A DNA stretch of 64,000 nucleotides, from positions 59,913-123,912 of the IMG/VR virus record IMGVR_UViG_3300033066_001528, one strand, 5' to 3'. The notes under the pieces were generated by a model. The model had not been told where the DNA came from and ran no database searches. It worked only from the letters and a program-made list of their open reading frames with translations. This DNA is from a virus (taxonomy: Duplodnaviria > Caudoviricetes). A program made the translations under genes and the position numbers. How positions within the stretch are numbered: the stretch's first letter is position 1; every line of letters begins with the position of its first letter. Below, piece after piece: positions 55,200 through 64,000 of this stretch.

Positions 55200-56462
55200 T
55201 TACGCCCCTTCAGCATCAGCCTCCTCGGCTGGTGGCGCCACGCTCTTTTCGGATCCAGGAACAATGTCGAACAGGTCATCGTCCAACACATCTTCTTCCA
55301 CCTGAACCTCAGCCGTTGGAGGCACGGACCCAAGTTTGGGAGATAGCTGATTAAACAGCAGGGTTAGATAGGTTGGATCCGCCTTGAGGGCTTTCTTCAT
55401 GGCATCCGCACCCTGACCCCTCAAAGATCCCTTGGGGCATCCAGGCCATTCATACCAAGCACCACCCTTGGAGATAACACCGTAGGTCACAGCAAGATCC
55501 AGAACCGACCTTGCGTTATCCACTCCGGTGCCGCTTTCAAGATAGAATTTCTGCTCGTGATGTACAGAGTCCGATACCTTGCACTTGTCAAGTTTCGCGA
55601 TGACAATGGTTCCTGTTACCATCTCCTCGGACTTGTTTGTAATGGCATTAAACCTCTTCGATTTCTCCTTTTGGAAAACACGAAGCATCATCCGAACGGA
55701 GGAATTGAACTTCCACCCTTCTCCACCTTGGGGAGCCGAATCCGGACCTCCACCGGACATGGAGCTCATAGTCTTGCGAAGCTGGGCAATCCCAATAACG
55801 CAGGTGCCGGATTTGGCAATAATACTCTTGAACTTAGGTAGAAACTGACCCCATTTCTGAGCAATGAGGCCAGGGCGAATAGCGTCCCCCTCTTCCTTCT
55901 GATCACGGTCGTAAACGTCTTGAGGCACGCCCGCACCAACGGAGTCAAGAACAATCAGGTCGACGCCATTTGCGGCCATCTGAACCATAATTTTCATACC
56001 CTGTTCTAGAGTGTTGGGTTGCTCTAGGATGAAGCGATCTGGGTCCCCAATGGGTACACCAAGAGCCTTTGCATATCTTGGGTCCACTTCGTTTTCCCAG
56101 TCAATGTAACAAACAGTCCCCCCAGCGGCACAAACATGAGCTGCAGCCGTTAGGGCTAACGTTGTCTTACCGGATCCTGCGTTCCCATACAACTGACTAA
56201 TCTTCCCCCGTGGCCATCCCGGGCACGGGCGAATACCCTGTTGGTTAGGACGACCACCAATAAGGTAATCCAGGTTCAGAGAACCCGTAGTAATGTGGGG
56301 AAGAGAGGCCAAAAGCATCTCATCATTGAGTGGAACCGTGGTGTCATCTTGAAGAATTTTAGAGAGAGCCCCGCGAGCGAGAGCTAAGGCGCTCACACCC
56401 TTTTTGGTAGAAGTGGGGCTAGTGGTAGCTGCGGTTGTTGTCTTCCTTGGTGGCATTGTCAT
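55200..56462 (-). CDS. recA: RecA-family recombinase
   Basis: TTGSLNLD, GNAGSGKTT, YIDWE, IVLDSVGA, IAQLR, GGEGWKFNSSVR, GAWY. Confidence 0.92.
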   Translation of the reverse strand: MTMPPRKTTTAATTSPTSTKKGVSALALARGALSKILQDDTTVPLNDEMLLASLPHITTGSLNLDYLIGGRPNQQGIRPCPGWPRGKISQLYGNAGSGKTTLALTAAAHVCAAGGTVCYIDWENEVDPRYAKALGVPIGDPDRFILEQPNTLEQGMKIMVQMAANGVDLIVLDSVGAGVPQDVYDRDQKEEGDAIRPGLIAQKWGQFLPKFKSIIAKSGTCVIGIAQLRKTMSSMSGGGPDSAPQGGEGWKFNSSVRMMLRVFQKEKSKRFNAITNKSEEMVTGTIVIAKLDKCKVSDSVHHEQKFYLESGTGVDNARSVLDLAVTYGVISKGGAWYEWPGCPKGSLRGQGADAMKKALKADPTYLTLLFNQLSPKLGSVPPTAEVQVEEDVLDDDLFDIVPGSEKSVAPPAEEADAEGA

Positions 56463-57112
56463 TCCGTGGTTAGTTGGTTGGACCAGAGAAAAAATCTATC
56501 ATCTTCGCGAAACAGAAGTCCGCTTCGCACAGTCTTACCTGCTCTCTTACCCCGAACGAAGGTGTGTTCCTTTGTGAAGAGGGGAACCTCAGTTTTCGTG
56601 AGCGAAGATTGATCTAAGTTGCCGGAATAGAAGTCCCAAAAACGTCCGGCTAATCGGGCAACAAGGTAAGCATCTGCCTCGTTGTGGTTCCAGGTCGTTT
56701 TGGTCTCCGTATCTTTCTTAGAAGCCTCCACCATATCAGGCTTATCCATTTTCCAACCCGGGGGTCTCTTCAGAGACTCTCTGGCGTGAAGTTTTACCTG
56801 AAGAGGTGAGAACAGAATAATATCCTTCTTGGAGTCTCGGACGGCTTCCATGGTGTAGAGATAAAGACCATAGAGGCCCTCCGAATAAAGCTCCCCAAAC
56901 ACCGGGCTTTCCTGACCACAACGATCTGGATTAACACGTCGAATCAGGTTCGATACACATTCCCTAAGGTAAGTGTATCTGTCAACAAACACCATTTTTG
57001 CGCCAGTTTTGAAGCGCCCTCTATCAACGCATCTTTTAGGCCCCTTAGCCATAGTGTCATGAACAGCCCACCCGAAATTTGTCAGAGAAGGATCGAAACC
57101 TAATACAATCAT
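56459..57112 (-). CDS. RuvC-like Holliday junction resolvase
   Basis: MIVLGFDPSLTNFG, QESP, NEADA; start refined to 57112. Confidence 0.8.
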   Translation of the reverse strand: MIVLGFDPSLTNFGWAVHDTMAKGPKRCVDRGRFKTGAKMVFVDRYTYLRECVSNLIRRVNPDRCGQESPVFGELYSEGLYGLYLYTMEAVRDSKKDIILFSPLQVKLHARESLKRPPGWKMDKPDMVEASKKDTETKTTWNHNEADAYLVARLAGRFWDFYSGNLDQSSLTKTEVPLFTKEHTFVRGKRAGKTVRSGLLFREDDRFFLWSNQLTTE

Positions 57113-57127
57113 GAGATTCTCCAAATT

Positions 57128-57167
57128 GGGTGGGGGGAAGCAGAAAACCCTCTGCTTCCCCCCACCC
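57128..57167. terminator. Strong hairpin after the SSB gene (terminator or RNA-processing stem)
   Basis: Perfect 17-bp stem GGGTGGGGGGAAGCAGA/TCTGCTTCCCCCCACCC, 6-nt loop; weak U-tract. Confidence 0.6.
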
Positions 57168-57185
57168 ACTCCCTATTTCAAGCTA

Positions 57186-57893
57186 TCATTTCAAGATATC
57201 ATCCAACATACCATCGATATCCGAGTTGGAAGCTACGGGGGCAGACCGACCCGCACCGATAATAGGAGACCCGCCTTTACCGGACATCTTTTCTCGGATT
57301 TGATCCAATGTAAGATCCTGTGCAATATCGTTTGGCAAGGTGGCTGCTGCACGGGCTACCCGATCAAACAGATCGGTAGCTTTGCCAGCATCCAGTAGTT
57401 TACGAAGCAAGGAGTCAGTGCAAGGCATCATAGAAATCTTCTGGTAAGTTGCATCGGTACAAGTAATCTTCAAATCGGACTTACCAAGGGGGAATTCACT
57501 GTGAATTTGACCAATGTTCTTGTACTTATCAGCGGAGAATACCCATGATGTGACTTGAAAGTCACCGTTCTGGAATGCCGCCTTATCGAGGTTGCCCTTG
57601 GGGTCTAAGGGCCATCGAACAAGAATAGTCCCAACCGTCTGCTTGGATTGAGAACCAGCCAGCTTCACATATTCCGGGCCCTTGTCAACAACATAACCAA
57701 CATTCTGAATGTAAAGGCGACGGACTCCAATGAACCGAGGGGTTGGGGCGTCCATAGACGGTTTTCCTTCCTCCACCCCTGGCCACCAAGCGAAGGAAAC
57801 TCGAACGGTCTCGTTATCCTTAAGCTTGAGTCGGCTACCCTTGGATCCAATGTTGTCGTCACCAGCCCCAAAACCAAATTCCTGCATACCCAT
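57186..57893 (-). CDS. Putative single-stranded DNA-binding protein (gp32-like)
   Basis: Next to RecA and RuvC; beta-rich core; acidic C-terminus DIDGMLDDILK. Confidence 0.6.
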   Translation of the reverse strand: MGMQEFGFGAGDDNIGSKGSRLKLKDNETVRVSFAWWPGVEEGKPSMDAPTPRFIGVRRLYIQNVGYVVDKGPEYVKLAGSQSKQTVGTILVRWPLDPKGNLDKAAFQNGDFQVTSWVFSADKYKNIGQIHSEFPLGKSDLKITCTDATYQKISMMPCTDSLLRKLLDAGKATDLFDRVARAAATLPNDIAQDLTLDQIREKMSGKGGSPIIGAGRSAPVASNSDIDGMLDDILK

Positions 57894-57983
57894 TTGTTGT
57901 GTCCTTTTAGAGAAGGGCTTGTCACTATTGACGTACCCGAATATCTCTTACGACATTGATAAAGGACACCCGGATAAAGCGGC

Positions 57984-58844
57984 TTATGAGAACAGAGAAC
58001 TGAAGTCGTCTGCGGAAGCTTTGATATTTGACTTAGAATTAGGCTTTGCAGTGGAGGGTTCCACTACCACCAAATCATTCAGAAAAGAATCAGCGGACTC
58101 ATCAGATCCTGAAGAACCTTCGGAGGACAGAACCTTAACCGGAATCTCCACTTCAAAGTCATCTTCGCCTGCGGGGGAAGATGACTCCTCCGCTTCGGAT
58201 TCTTTTTTGGCTAACAAAGGAGACCTCTCTACGGCCACCAGAGCTTCGTCCATCAAAGAATCTAACTCCCTTGACGCCATATCACTTTTTGTAGGGGCGG
58301 AGGGTCTGGAAGACATGCGGGTGCGGGTACCCCAACGGGCACCCAAAGCTATCTCTTCCTGGCAAACTTTTAGCTGATCACGCAAACGCCCCTGGATGTC
58401 CCTAAGGTCATCTCGTTTTGTAGTGATAACAGATTTGACGGATTCTAAGTCTTCCAAAGCGTTACGGAGGAAGTCAATGACCTCCTTATCCGCTCTTAGT
58501 TTGATGTTAGCTACGGCTTCTCTGTCCGTAACATTCCTACCAGCTCTGACTTCAGGGTCATTTGCCAGAAGTTCTTGAACCTTGAGCGCGTGAGTAGCCG
58601 TAGCAAGACGATGCCGTCTTTTATACCAGTGAAGGTCCTGAGATACTTCTAGGTACACCCTTTCGCACTTTGATAGATGACCCCGACAGGTAGCTATCTT
58701 CTCATTGATACGCTTTGGGCCAAGTTCTAGAGGATCCGGATCCAATTCTACATGGAGAGTGGAAAGGAGGCGATAGAACCCCTCCAGCCTAGTAGCATCC
58801 ACAACTGGAGCATCGGGACCCAGATTAGGTGATTGGTTTGCCAT
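57984..58844 (-). CDS. Coiled-coil protein, possibly a UvsY-like recombination mediator
   Basis: Long helical region and acidic tail ending DDFSSLFS; family call is positional. Confidence 0.5.
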   Translation of the reverse strand: MANQSPNLGPDAPVVDATRLEGFYRLLSTLHVELDPDPLELGPKRINEKIATCRGHLSKCERVYLEVSQDLHWYKRRHRLATATHALKVQELLANDPEVRAGRNVTDREAVANIKLRADKEVIDFLRNALEDLESVKSVITTKRDDLRDIQGRLRDQLKVCQEEIALGARWGTRTRMSSRPSAPTKSDMASRELDSLMDEALVAVERSPLLAKKESEAEESSSPAGEDDFEVEIPVKVLSSEGSSGSDESADSFLNDLVVVEPSTAKPNSKSNIKASADDFSSLFS

Positions 58845-59253
58845 TTTCTTCCTTGGGTTTGTTGTCTTCCTTAGGGTCTGTTACCAACCCCATCATCAAC
58901 CGATGGTAATTGGCTTTGATAGCAGCAATGGCCACACGATGGTCCGCATTTGAAATGTTGCCACCAGCCAGAGCATTGTTGTGGGCCGAAAGATCGGCCT
59001 CCCGACCAAGAATAATGGAAGCTACCATAGCTTCCTCAAAAGACATAGCCCCAACAGCATTCGAGCTATCTCCTTCTTCCATTACCTCATCCAAACCCCG
59101 GGCCCCATCCTCCTGAACGGAATTGTAGGCCGCACTGAATCCAGCAAAAGTATCACCATTCCTACCTTTTACGGATCGGGTGCAAACCACTTTTGTTATT
59201 CTTAAATTACCCTTGACTTTTTTCGCCAGAGCCACCAGTTCGTCCTTGGTCAT
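58825..59253 (-). CDS. Hypothetical protein
   Basis: 142-aa ORF with a GGAAGG RBS. Confidence 0.7.
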   Translation of the reverse strand: MTKDELVALAKKVKGNLRITKVVCTRSVKGRNGDTFAGFSAAYNSVQEDGARGLDEVMEEGDSSNAVGAMSFEEAMVASIILGREADLSAHNNALAGGNISNADHRVAIAAIKANYHRLMMGLVTDPKEDNKPKEENGKPIT

Positions 59254-59276
59254 GATTCAACCTTCCCGAACTAGTA

Positions 59277-61631
59277 TTACGAAATCGTGGAGTCTGACGT
59301 GGTATTTGAAGAGAGCCGTAGGAGCCGGTGAAGAAACAGGGTATTTCGGTCTCCCTCTTTATCATTGGCAATTGCCATTGCCATGGCATCTCGGGTGCCT
59401 ACTAGGATCACCTTTTTACGGGCTCTGGTAATGGCGGTGTAGAAAAGATTTCTCTGTAGTTGAAGGCCAAAAGATGGAAGTATAGGAAGAAGAATAACAT
59501 CATACTCTTGACCCTGAGACCTATGAGCCGTGATTGCATAAGCCAGCCTCAGCAATGTACCGGCTGATTTGAAGGGAATCCTCACATGGAGGACAGGAGG
59601 ACCGTGAATTTTGATTTCGATCTCTTTTGCTTTGCGATCAATAGAAGCTACTTTTCCTACATCCCCATTATAGATACCAAGGTTGTAATCATTCTTGACA
59701 ACCATCACCCGATCATCTTCCCTGAGAATCTCTGATCCAAGTTTGATCTCCTGGAGGGTTGGTTGCTTAGGGTTAATAGCTTCACGCAACCGGGTATTAA
59801 GGGATGTGACCCCTATCGTTCCGGAGTGCCGTGGAGATAGAACCTGAAAGTTAGACCTTTTCTCAAATAGCTTCGTGGCCATAGTGACAATTGTCGAAGC
59901 TACGGCGGATTCGTCCATGAGAGTCATTAGGGAAAAATCGGTACCAAGAGGTGCCTCGGGAACCCTCCCTGCATGAACGTCATGGGCGGCTCGAATGATG
60001 GGACTGGTTTCGGCTTGGCGAAAAACTTCAGTCAATGTGACGGTAGGAAAAAGTTTGGAAGCCAGAAGATCGCGGAGAACATTTCCAGGACCAACGCTGG
60101 GAAGCTGGGCGGCATCACCTACAAACACCAACCTAGCATCCGGACGGGTGCATTGGAGAATCCTGAAAAGAAGATGCTGGTCCACCATAGAGCTTTCATC
60201 AATGATGATGACTTCAGCAGGGTGGGGGTCCCCTGGACCGAATCCCCATATCTCATCTGATCCATCGGACCCGGATAGCGTCTGGCTTTCACCAACAACG
60301 CCCGAATAGGTTGCCTCGCGGCCCTCGTCTCTCACGCCCTTTGACCGGAAAGCCCTGTGAATTGTAGAAGCGTTTAGGCCCGTAACAGAGGCAAGTCTTT
60401 TGGCTGCAATACCCGTAGGGGCTACAAGCAAAAGAGACATGCCTGCCTCCTGCATAATTGCCACCGCGGTTCGAAGGCTGCTTGTTTTACCGCTACCAGG
60501 AAGACCCGTAATAACACTTACGGGTTCCAGGACAGCATTGAGAACCCCCTCGGTCTGTTTGGATGAGAGAGTCATCCCCCCTGCTGCTGAATTTCTGGCA
60601 AGTGTTTGATGCACGGCTTCTTTGAGGCTGCAAGGGCTTTCCGGAACTAGAGCTTTTGCATAACGGATAGATACATCCGGTTGAATGATAGCTTTTTTCA
60701 TCCGGTCAACCAGCATGGTAGCCGCTTCCGACTCCACTTTGTGGAGCCACGGATCATATACGGCTGTAATGCCACACGAGGGTTCTCTCTCCACAATAAG
60801 AGATTTCTGGGCGACCAATGCTTTGATGGCTTGAGCAAGATCCTTTTCGGTGACAAAAGGATCGATGTCCCTAACAGCTTGGAGCAATTCTCCAGTACGA
60901 CTGTAGAGGTGGCCGAACCCCCTACCTTCACGAGCAGCGTAGAGAACGGCACCCTCAACGCGAAGAGGGTTATTGTGGGAGCATTCCAACCCTAAGCGAT
61001 TTGCGACGGTATCGGCATCGTTAAAAGTAACACCGCCAATCTGTACTAGAGCCCAAGGATTTTTGGAGAGGATATCCCTTGACTCGTCCCCAAAGACAGA
61101 CCAAACCTGACGAATTTTCCCCTGAGGAAGACCAAGGTCACTAAGAAATCCAAGGGTCAAATAATGAGCTCTAGCCGCGGCCCATTTGTCTCTGATATGA
61201 CTGGCCAAAAAGTCGGTCATACCAGGAACTTTAGAAACCTCATCCAAGTCAAGAAGAGCGTTCCCCATCCTCTCCCCGAAATACTCTTTAATCGAAGCAA
61301 CAATTGTAGGACCAATCCCGTGGGACAGGAGAATTTTTGCGCAGGTATCCTGGTCCCACCCATCCTTTAGGATGGGTGCACGAACAACTTTCACCTGACG
61401 GCCATGGCTTGGATGTTCTTCCCATGTGCCCTCAAATCCAAACCATAACCCCACGGATATCTGTAGACCAGGAATCTCCCCCCGAAGGGTTATGGTACCA
61501 GAAGACATATCTGAGGTGACACACTCCTGGTCTAAAACAATTCGGAGGATGTAAAAAGCCTCGGACTCATTCTCAAACACAATGCTGTGAACACGCCCGG
61601 AGAAATAGAGGGGAACAGATTTGGAAGGCAT
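59277..61631 (-). CDS. recD2: RecD2-like SF1B helicase
   Basis: N-terminal OB and HhH regions (HGIGP, VPGM, NPW), GLPGSGKT, IIDESSM, GDAAQLPSVG, AYAITAHRSQGQE, YTAITRA. Confidence 0.92.
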   Translation of the reverse strand: MPSKSVPLYFSGRVHSIVFENESEAFYILRIVLDQECVTSDMSSGTITLRGEIPGLQISVGLWFGFEGTWEEHPSHGRQVKVVRAPILKDGWDQDTCAKILLSHGIGPTIVASIKEYFGERMGNALLDLDEVSKVPGMTDFLASHIRDKWAAARAHYLTLGFLSDLGLPQGKIRQVWSVFGDESRDILSKNPWALVQIGGVTFNDADTVANRLGLECSHNNPLRVEGAVLYAAREGRGFGHLYSRTGELLQAVRDIDPFVTEKDLAQAIKALVAQKSLIVEREPSCGITAVYDPWLHKVESEAATMLVDRMKKAIIQPDVSIRYAKALVPESPCSLKEAVHQTLARNSAAGGMTLSSKQTEGVLNAVLEPVSVITGLPGSGKTSSLRTAVAIMQEAGMSLLLVAPTGIAAKRLASVTGLNASTIHRAFRSKGVRDEGREATYSGVVGESQTLSGSDGSDEIWGFGPGDPHPAEVIIIDESSMVDQHLLFRILQCTRPDARLVFVGDAAQLPSVGPGNVLRDLLASKLFPTVTLTEVFRQAETSPIIRAAHDVHAGRVPEAPLGTDFSLMTLMDESAVASTIVTMATKLFEKRSNFQVLSPRHSGTIGVTSLNTRLREAINPKQPTLQEIKLGSEILREDDRVMVVKNDYNLGIYNGDVGKVASIDRKAKEIEIKIHGPPVLHVRIPFKSAGTLLRLAYAITAHRSQGQEYDVILLPILPSFGLQLQRNLFYTAITRARKKVILVGTRDAMAMAIANDKEGDRNTLFLHRLLRLSSNTTSDSTIS

Positions 61632-61653
61632 TGGCAATATTTACGCCCGTGAG

Positions 61654-62310
61654 TCAACGAGACCGGATTGCCATGCGTACCACAAATCGAAGGGCATCAA
61701 CATCCTTCATGTATTCCTTCAACCTAGCTTTAATTTTAGCTTTAGAGGCTGATCGAACACCTTTAGCAACCCCCAACTGCTCACAAGCAACTAGGGCCTC
61801 TTCTCTCCATAAGAACTTGAAAACATTCACCCATCGCAGATCAGGGTTTCGTTTTGCTTCCCGATAAACTTTTATGTTGACGGCCCCATCCGTTTGCCCC
61901 TCGACCAGAAGAACACCCCACCAATCAGGAATCTTTTGGAGGGACTCTTCCAAAAGATTCCGCCCCACTACCAAGGTCACCTTATCCCCCATCGCACTGT
62001 AAGCAGTCACCTGTCCTTTTCGGTTCCAGGTCTTCTTCCACCGCTTGGAGAAATGTGTACGGTCCCCTAATCTAAGGGTGGTGTCAACGTCAGACTTGAT
62101 TTCGTAGATGTGTAGTTCTGTATCGGTGATTGTCAGTAAATCGGCGATACATCCATTGACACCCATCTCGTGACGAATCCAAATTCGCTGGTGGTTAGAA
62201 CGAATGTAGGAATCAAGAGCTGGGCGAATGTCTCGGTCGCGGAGGATCAAAGGCACGAGATTTCTCTGGCAACAATTAGTTCTCCGCAAGACGCTGGAGA
62301 AGAAACTCAA
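61654..62310 (-). CDS. sce7726/MmcB-like PD-(D/E)XK protein (start uncertain)
   Basis: RHEM...IADLL...YEIKSDVDT..RL...QV.AYS...IPDWWGV. Confidence 0.7.
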   Translation of the reverse strand: MSFFSSVLRRTNCCQRNLVPLILRDRDIRPALDSYIRSNHQRIWIRHEMGVNGCIADLLTITDTELHIYEIKSDVDTTLRLGDRTHFSKRWKKTWNRKGQVTAYSAMGDKVTLVVGRNLLEESLQKIPDWWGVLLVEGQTDGAVNIKVYREAKRNPDLRWVNVFKFLWREEALVACEQLGVAKGVRSASKAKIKARLKEYMKDVDALRFVVRMAIRSR

Positions 62311-62587
62311 TCTGCTTGGCCTGGGATTTCATTTTGGAAAGAATATCTACGTATAGAGCCGCCCGATTCCTTTCACTCTCATCTTTTGGAGACGCCACAA
62401 CGCTTTTATATTCCCCAAGAGCCACGGAAATAGAATCATCAAAAAAACCAAATGAGGAAGCAACCTCAGATTTGTAAGCCGGATCAGCGTATCTACCCGA
62501 AGCCCTCTTAAGCAGTGGGAGGAGATCCTTTCGAAGTTCCGGGTTCTGATGGGCCAATTTGATTATCTTTGATCGTAGATTGGACAT
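62276..62587 (-). CDS. Small helical protein with the shared N-terminal leader
   Basis: Start refined to 62587: MSNLRSKIIKLAHQNPELRKDLLPLLKRAS. Confidence 0.8.
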   Translation of the reverse strand: MSNLRSKIIKLAHQNPELRKDLLPLLKRASGRYADPAYKSEVASSFGFFDDSISVALGEYKSVVASPKDESERNRAALYVDILSKMKSQAKQIEFLLQRLAEN

Positions 62588-62642
62588 AGCAAAAGTTGTA
62601 TATAGCCAACCTAATTGGGGTTGGAAGCAAGTAAGAAGCACC

Positions 62643-62999
62643 GTGAAATCAGGAACCATTGTTTCAGTTGCTCGAAACCTGCACAAAAATCAATGGTCTT
62701 TGAGAGTGAAGGGAAAAGTAGTGGAGTACAAAGATACTCTGTGCTTAGAGAAAGTCACGTTCAAAGTTTCCGAAGCCGGAAGGCAACGAGCCATCCGAGA
62801 AAAAAAGAAAAATGTCCATGCCTATGTGGTTGGATCTATGATGAGAACCCATAGGTGCGATAACCCCGGGCCAGAATGGACCAGGATATCCTACAACCCA
62901 TACAAAGCCGGTTTCTTCTACGATGTGGAAAGTGGTAAGGAAGTCAAGGAAGCAAAACAAGCAATTTTTGGTGAACGGTACGTTTGGGCTTTGCTTTAG
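62643..62999 (+). CDS. Hypothetical phage protein
   Basis: RNLHKNQWSLR...FKVSEAGRQRAIREKKKNVHAYV...SYNPYK; GTG start 8 nt after GTAA. Confidence 0.7.
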   Translation: MKSGTIVSVARNLHKNQWSLRVKGKVVEYKDTLCLEKVTFKVSEAGRQRAIREKKKNVHAYVVGSMMRTHRCDNPGPEWTRISYNPYKAGFFYDVESGKEVKEAKQAIFGERYVWALL

Positions 63000-64000
63000 A
63001 AGTCAGAATCGAAAGATAGGGATCCCTCTACCCCAACTTGATAAGCCGAAGCTCTCCGTTCGAAAAAGTTAGTAAGCTCTTGGACATCTTGAAGATCCAT
63101 GAACACAAGTGGATTCTTGGTCCCATAAACAACGGGTAGGCCAAGGGTCTTGAATCTCTGATCCGCACAATATTCAAGGTAACCCCTCACGTCCTTGACG
63201 GAGAGTCCCACCACCCCCCCCTCAAGAAGATCAGCCGCAAACTGAGTCTCACATTCGACCGCTTCCTCAATCATAGTCCGGATAGAAGAAGCAAATGAGG
63301 AGTCGAAAAGAGATGGGTCCTCTTTCCTCACCGTCTCTACTACCTCAAAAGCAAAAGCCATGTGGCAGCTTTCATCTCGAAAGACCCAGTTAGTACCGGA
63401 AGCCAACCCGTGCAAAAGACCCCTAGACCTAAGGAAATAGACATAAGCAAAAGCACCGAAAAAGAAAAGACCCTCAATACAAGCTGCGAAACAGATTAAA
63501 TTGAGGAGAAACTTTTGTCTGTCCTCACGGGTTTCGAGGCGGTCAAGTTGGTTGATGGAGTCAATCCAACGAAGGCAGAATTCAGCCTTCTTACGAATGG
63601 ATGGAATTGTCTCAACAGCCGCGAAGGCTTTATGCCTCTCTTCCGGGTCGGGAACATAGTTGTCCAAAAGAGTCAAGTAAAACTGAACGTGTAAAGCCTC
63701 TTCATAAAGCTGACGGGAAAGATACATCCGGGCTTCCGGAGAGTTAACATGCTTGTAAAGATTCAAGACAAGGTTATTGGAAACAATGGAGTCTCCGGTG
63801 GCAAAGAAAGCCACAAGACGCTGAATAAGATGCGTTTCAGCAGGCGACATCTTTTTATGGAGATCCATGATGTCGGAGGAAAAGTCGATCTCCTCCACAG
63901 TCCAGGTGTTTTTGATTGCGGACTTGTACATCTCGAAAAACTTCGGGTACACCATTGGCCGCAAAGTCAAGCATAAACCTGGATCTAGAATATGGTCTGG
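62996..64000 (-). CDS. nrdB: Ribonucleotide reductase class Ia beta subunit (N-terminus beyond the window)
   Basis: FFATGD, EEALHVQFY, EGLFF, RDESCH, NFFE; frame stays open to 64000 (PDHILDPGLCLTLRPM). Confidence 0.95.
   Translation of the reverse strand, partial: PDHILDPGLCLTLRPMVYPKFFEMYKSAIKNTWTVEEIDFSSDIMDLHKKMSPAETHLIQRLVAFFATGDSIVSNNLVLNLYKHVNSPEARMYLSRQLYEEALHVQFYLTLLDNYVPDPEERHKAFAAVETIPSIRKKAEFCLRWIDSINQLDRLETREDRQKFLLNLICFAACIEGLFFFGAFAYVYFLRSRGLLHGLASGTNWVFRDESCHMAFAFEVVETVRKEDPSLFDSSFASSIRTMIEEAVECETQFAADLLEGGVVGLSVKDVRGYLEYCADQRFKTLGLPVVYGTKNPLVFMDLQDVQELTNFFERRASAYQVGVEGSLSFDSDF

Noticed and set aside
1-64000. Alternative genetic code, or a cellular or eukaryotic-virus origin
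   Set aside because: Genes are full length under code 11 with TAA, TAG and TGA all used as stops; the TerL-portal-protease-HK97 MCP set with bacterial-type DnaX, DnaN and NusG indicates a bacteriophage.

Overview
This window is a ~64 kb segment of a large tailed-phage (Caudoviricetes, probably jumbo-class) genome of roughly 50% GC, with almost all genes on the minus strand. The right third (~42-64 kb) is a replication, recombination and transcription module: RNR beta subunit, RecD2, SSB, RuvC, RecA, a two-gene SbcC/Rad50 with SbcD, PIN-PhoH, beta clamp, TOPRIM primase, DnaX, NusG-like and sigma-like proteins. The rest (~1-42 kb) is a head morphogenesis module: TerS, TerL with an intein, portal with an intein, a topoisomerase IB fusion protein, prohead protease, acidic scaffold, decoration protein, HK97-type major capsid protein and a putative head-completion protein, interspersed with homing endonucleases and small orphan genes. 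Highlights: (1) eight otherwise unrelated proteins spread over 62 kb share a ~28-aa leader (LRSxxIxLAHxNPxLRxxLLPLLK-x-[AST]) ending in a K-x-small site that is also abundant in the scaffold, a candidate capsid cargo-loading and processing system; (2) a naturally, atypically split intein (34-aa IntN, 134-aa IntC) in a virion gene, with a free-standing endonuclease gene between the halves; (3) a LAGLIDADG endonuclease fused to a DNA methyltransferase next to the capsid gene; (4) a topoisomerase IB polyprotein in the head cluster; (5) two positionally fixed upstream motifs suggesting phage-specific promoters and short-leader mRNAs. No tRNA, rRNA or CRISPR array was recognised. All assignments come from motif reading by eye; no database searches were run.
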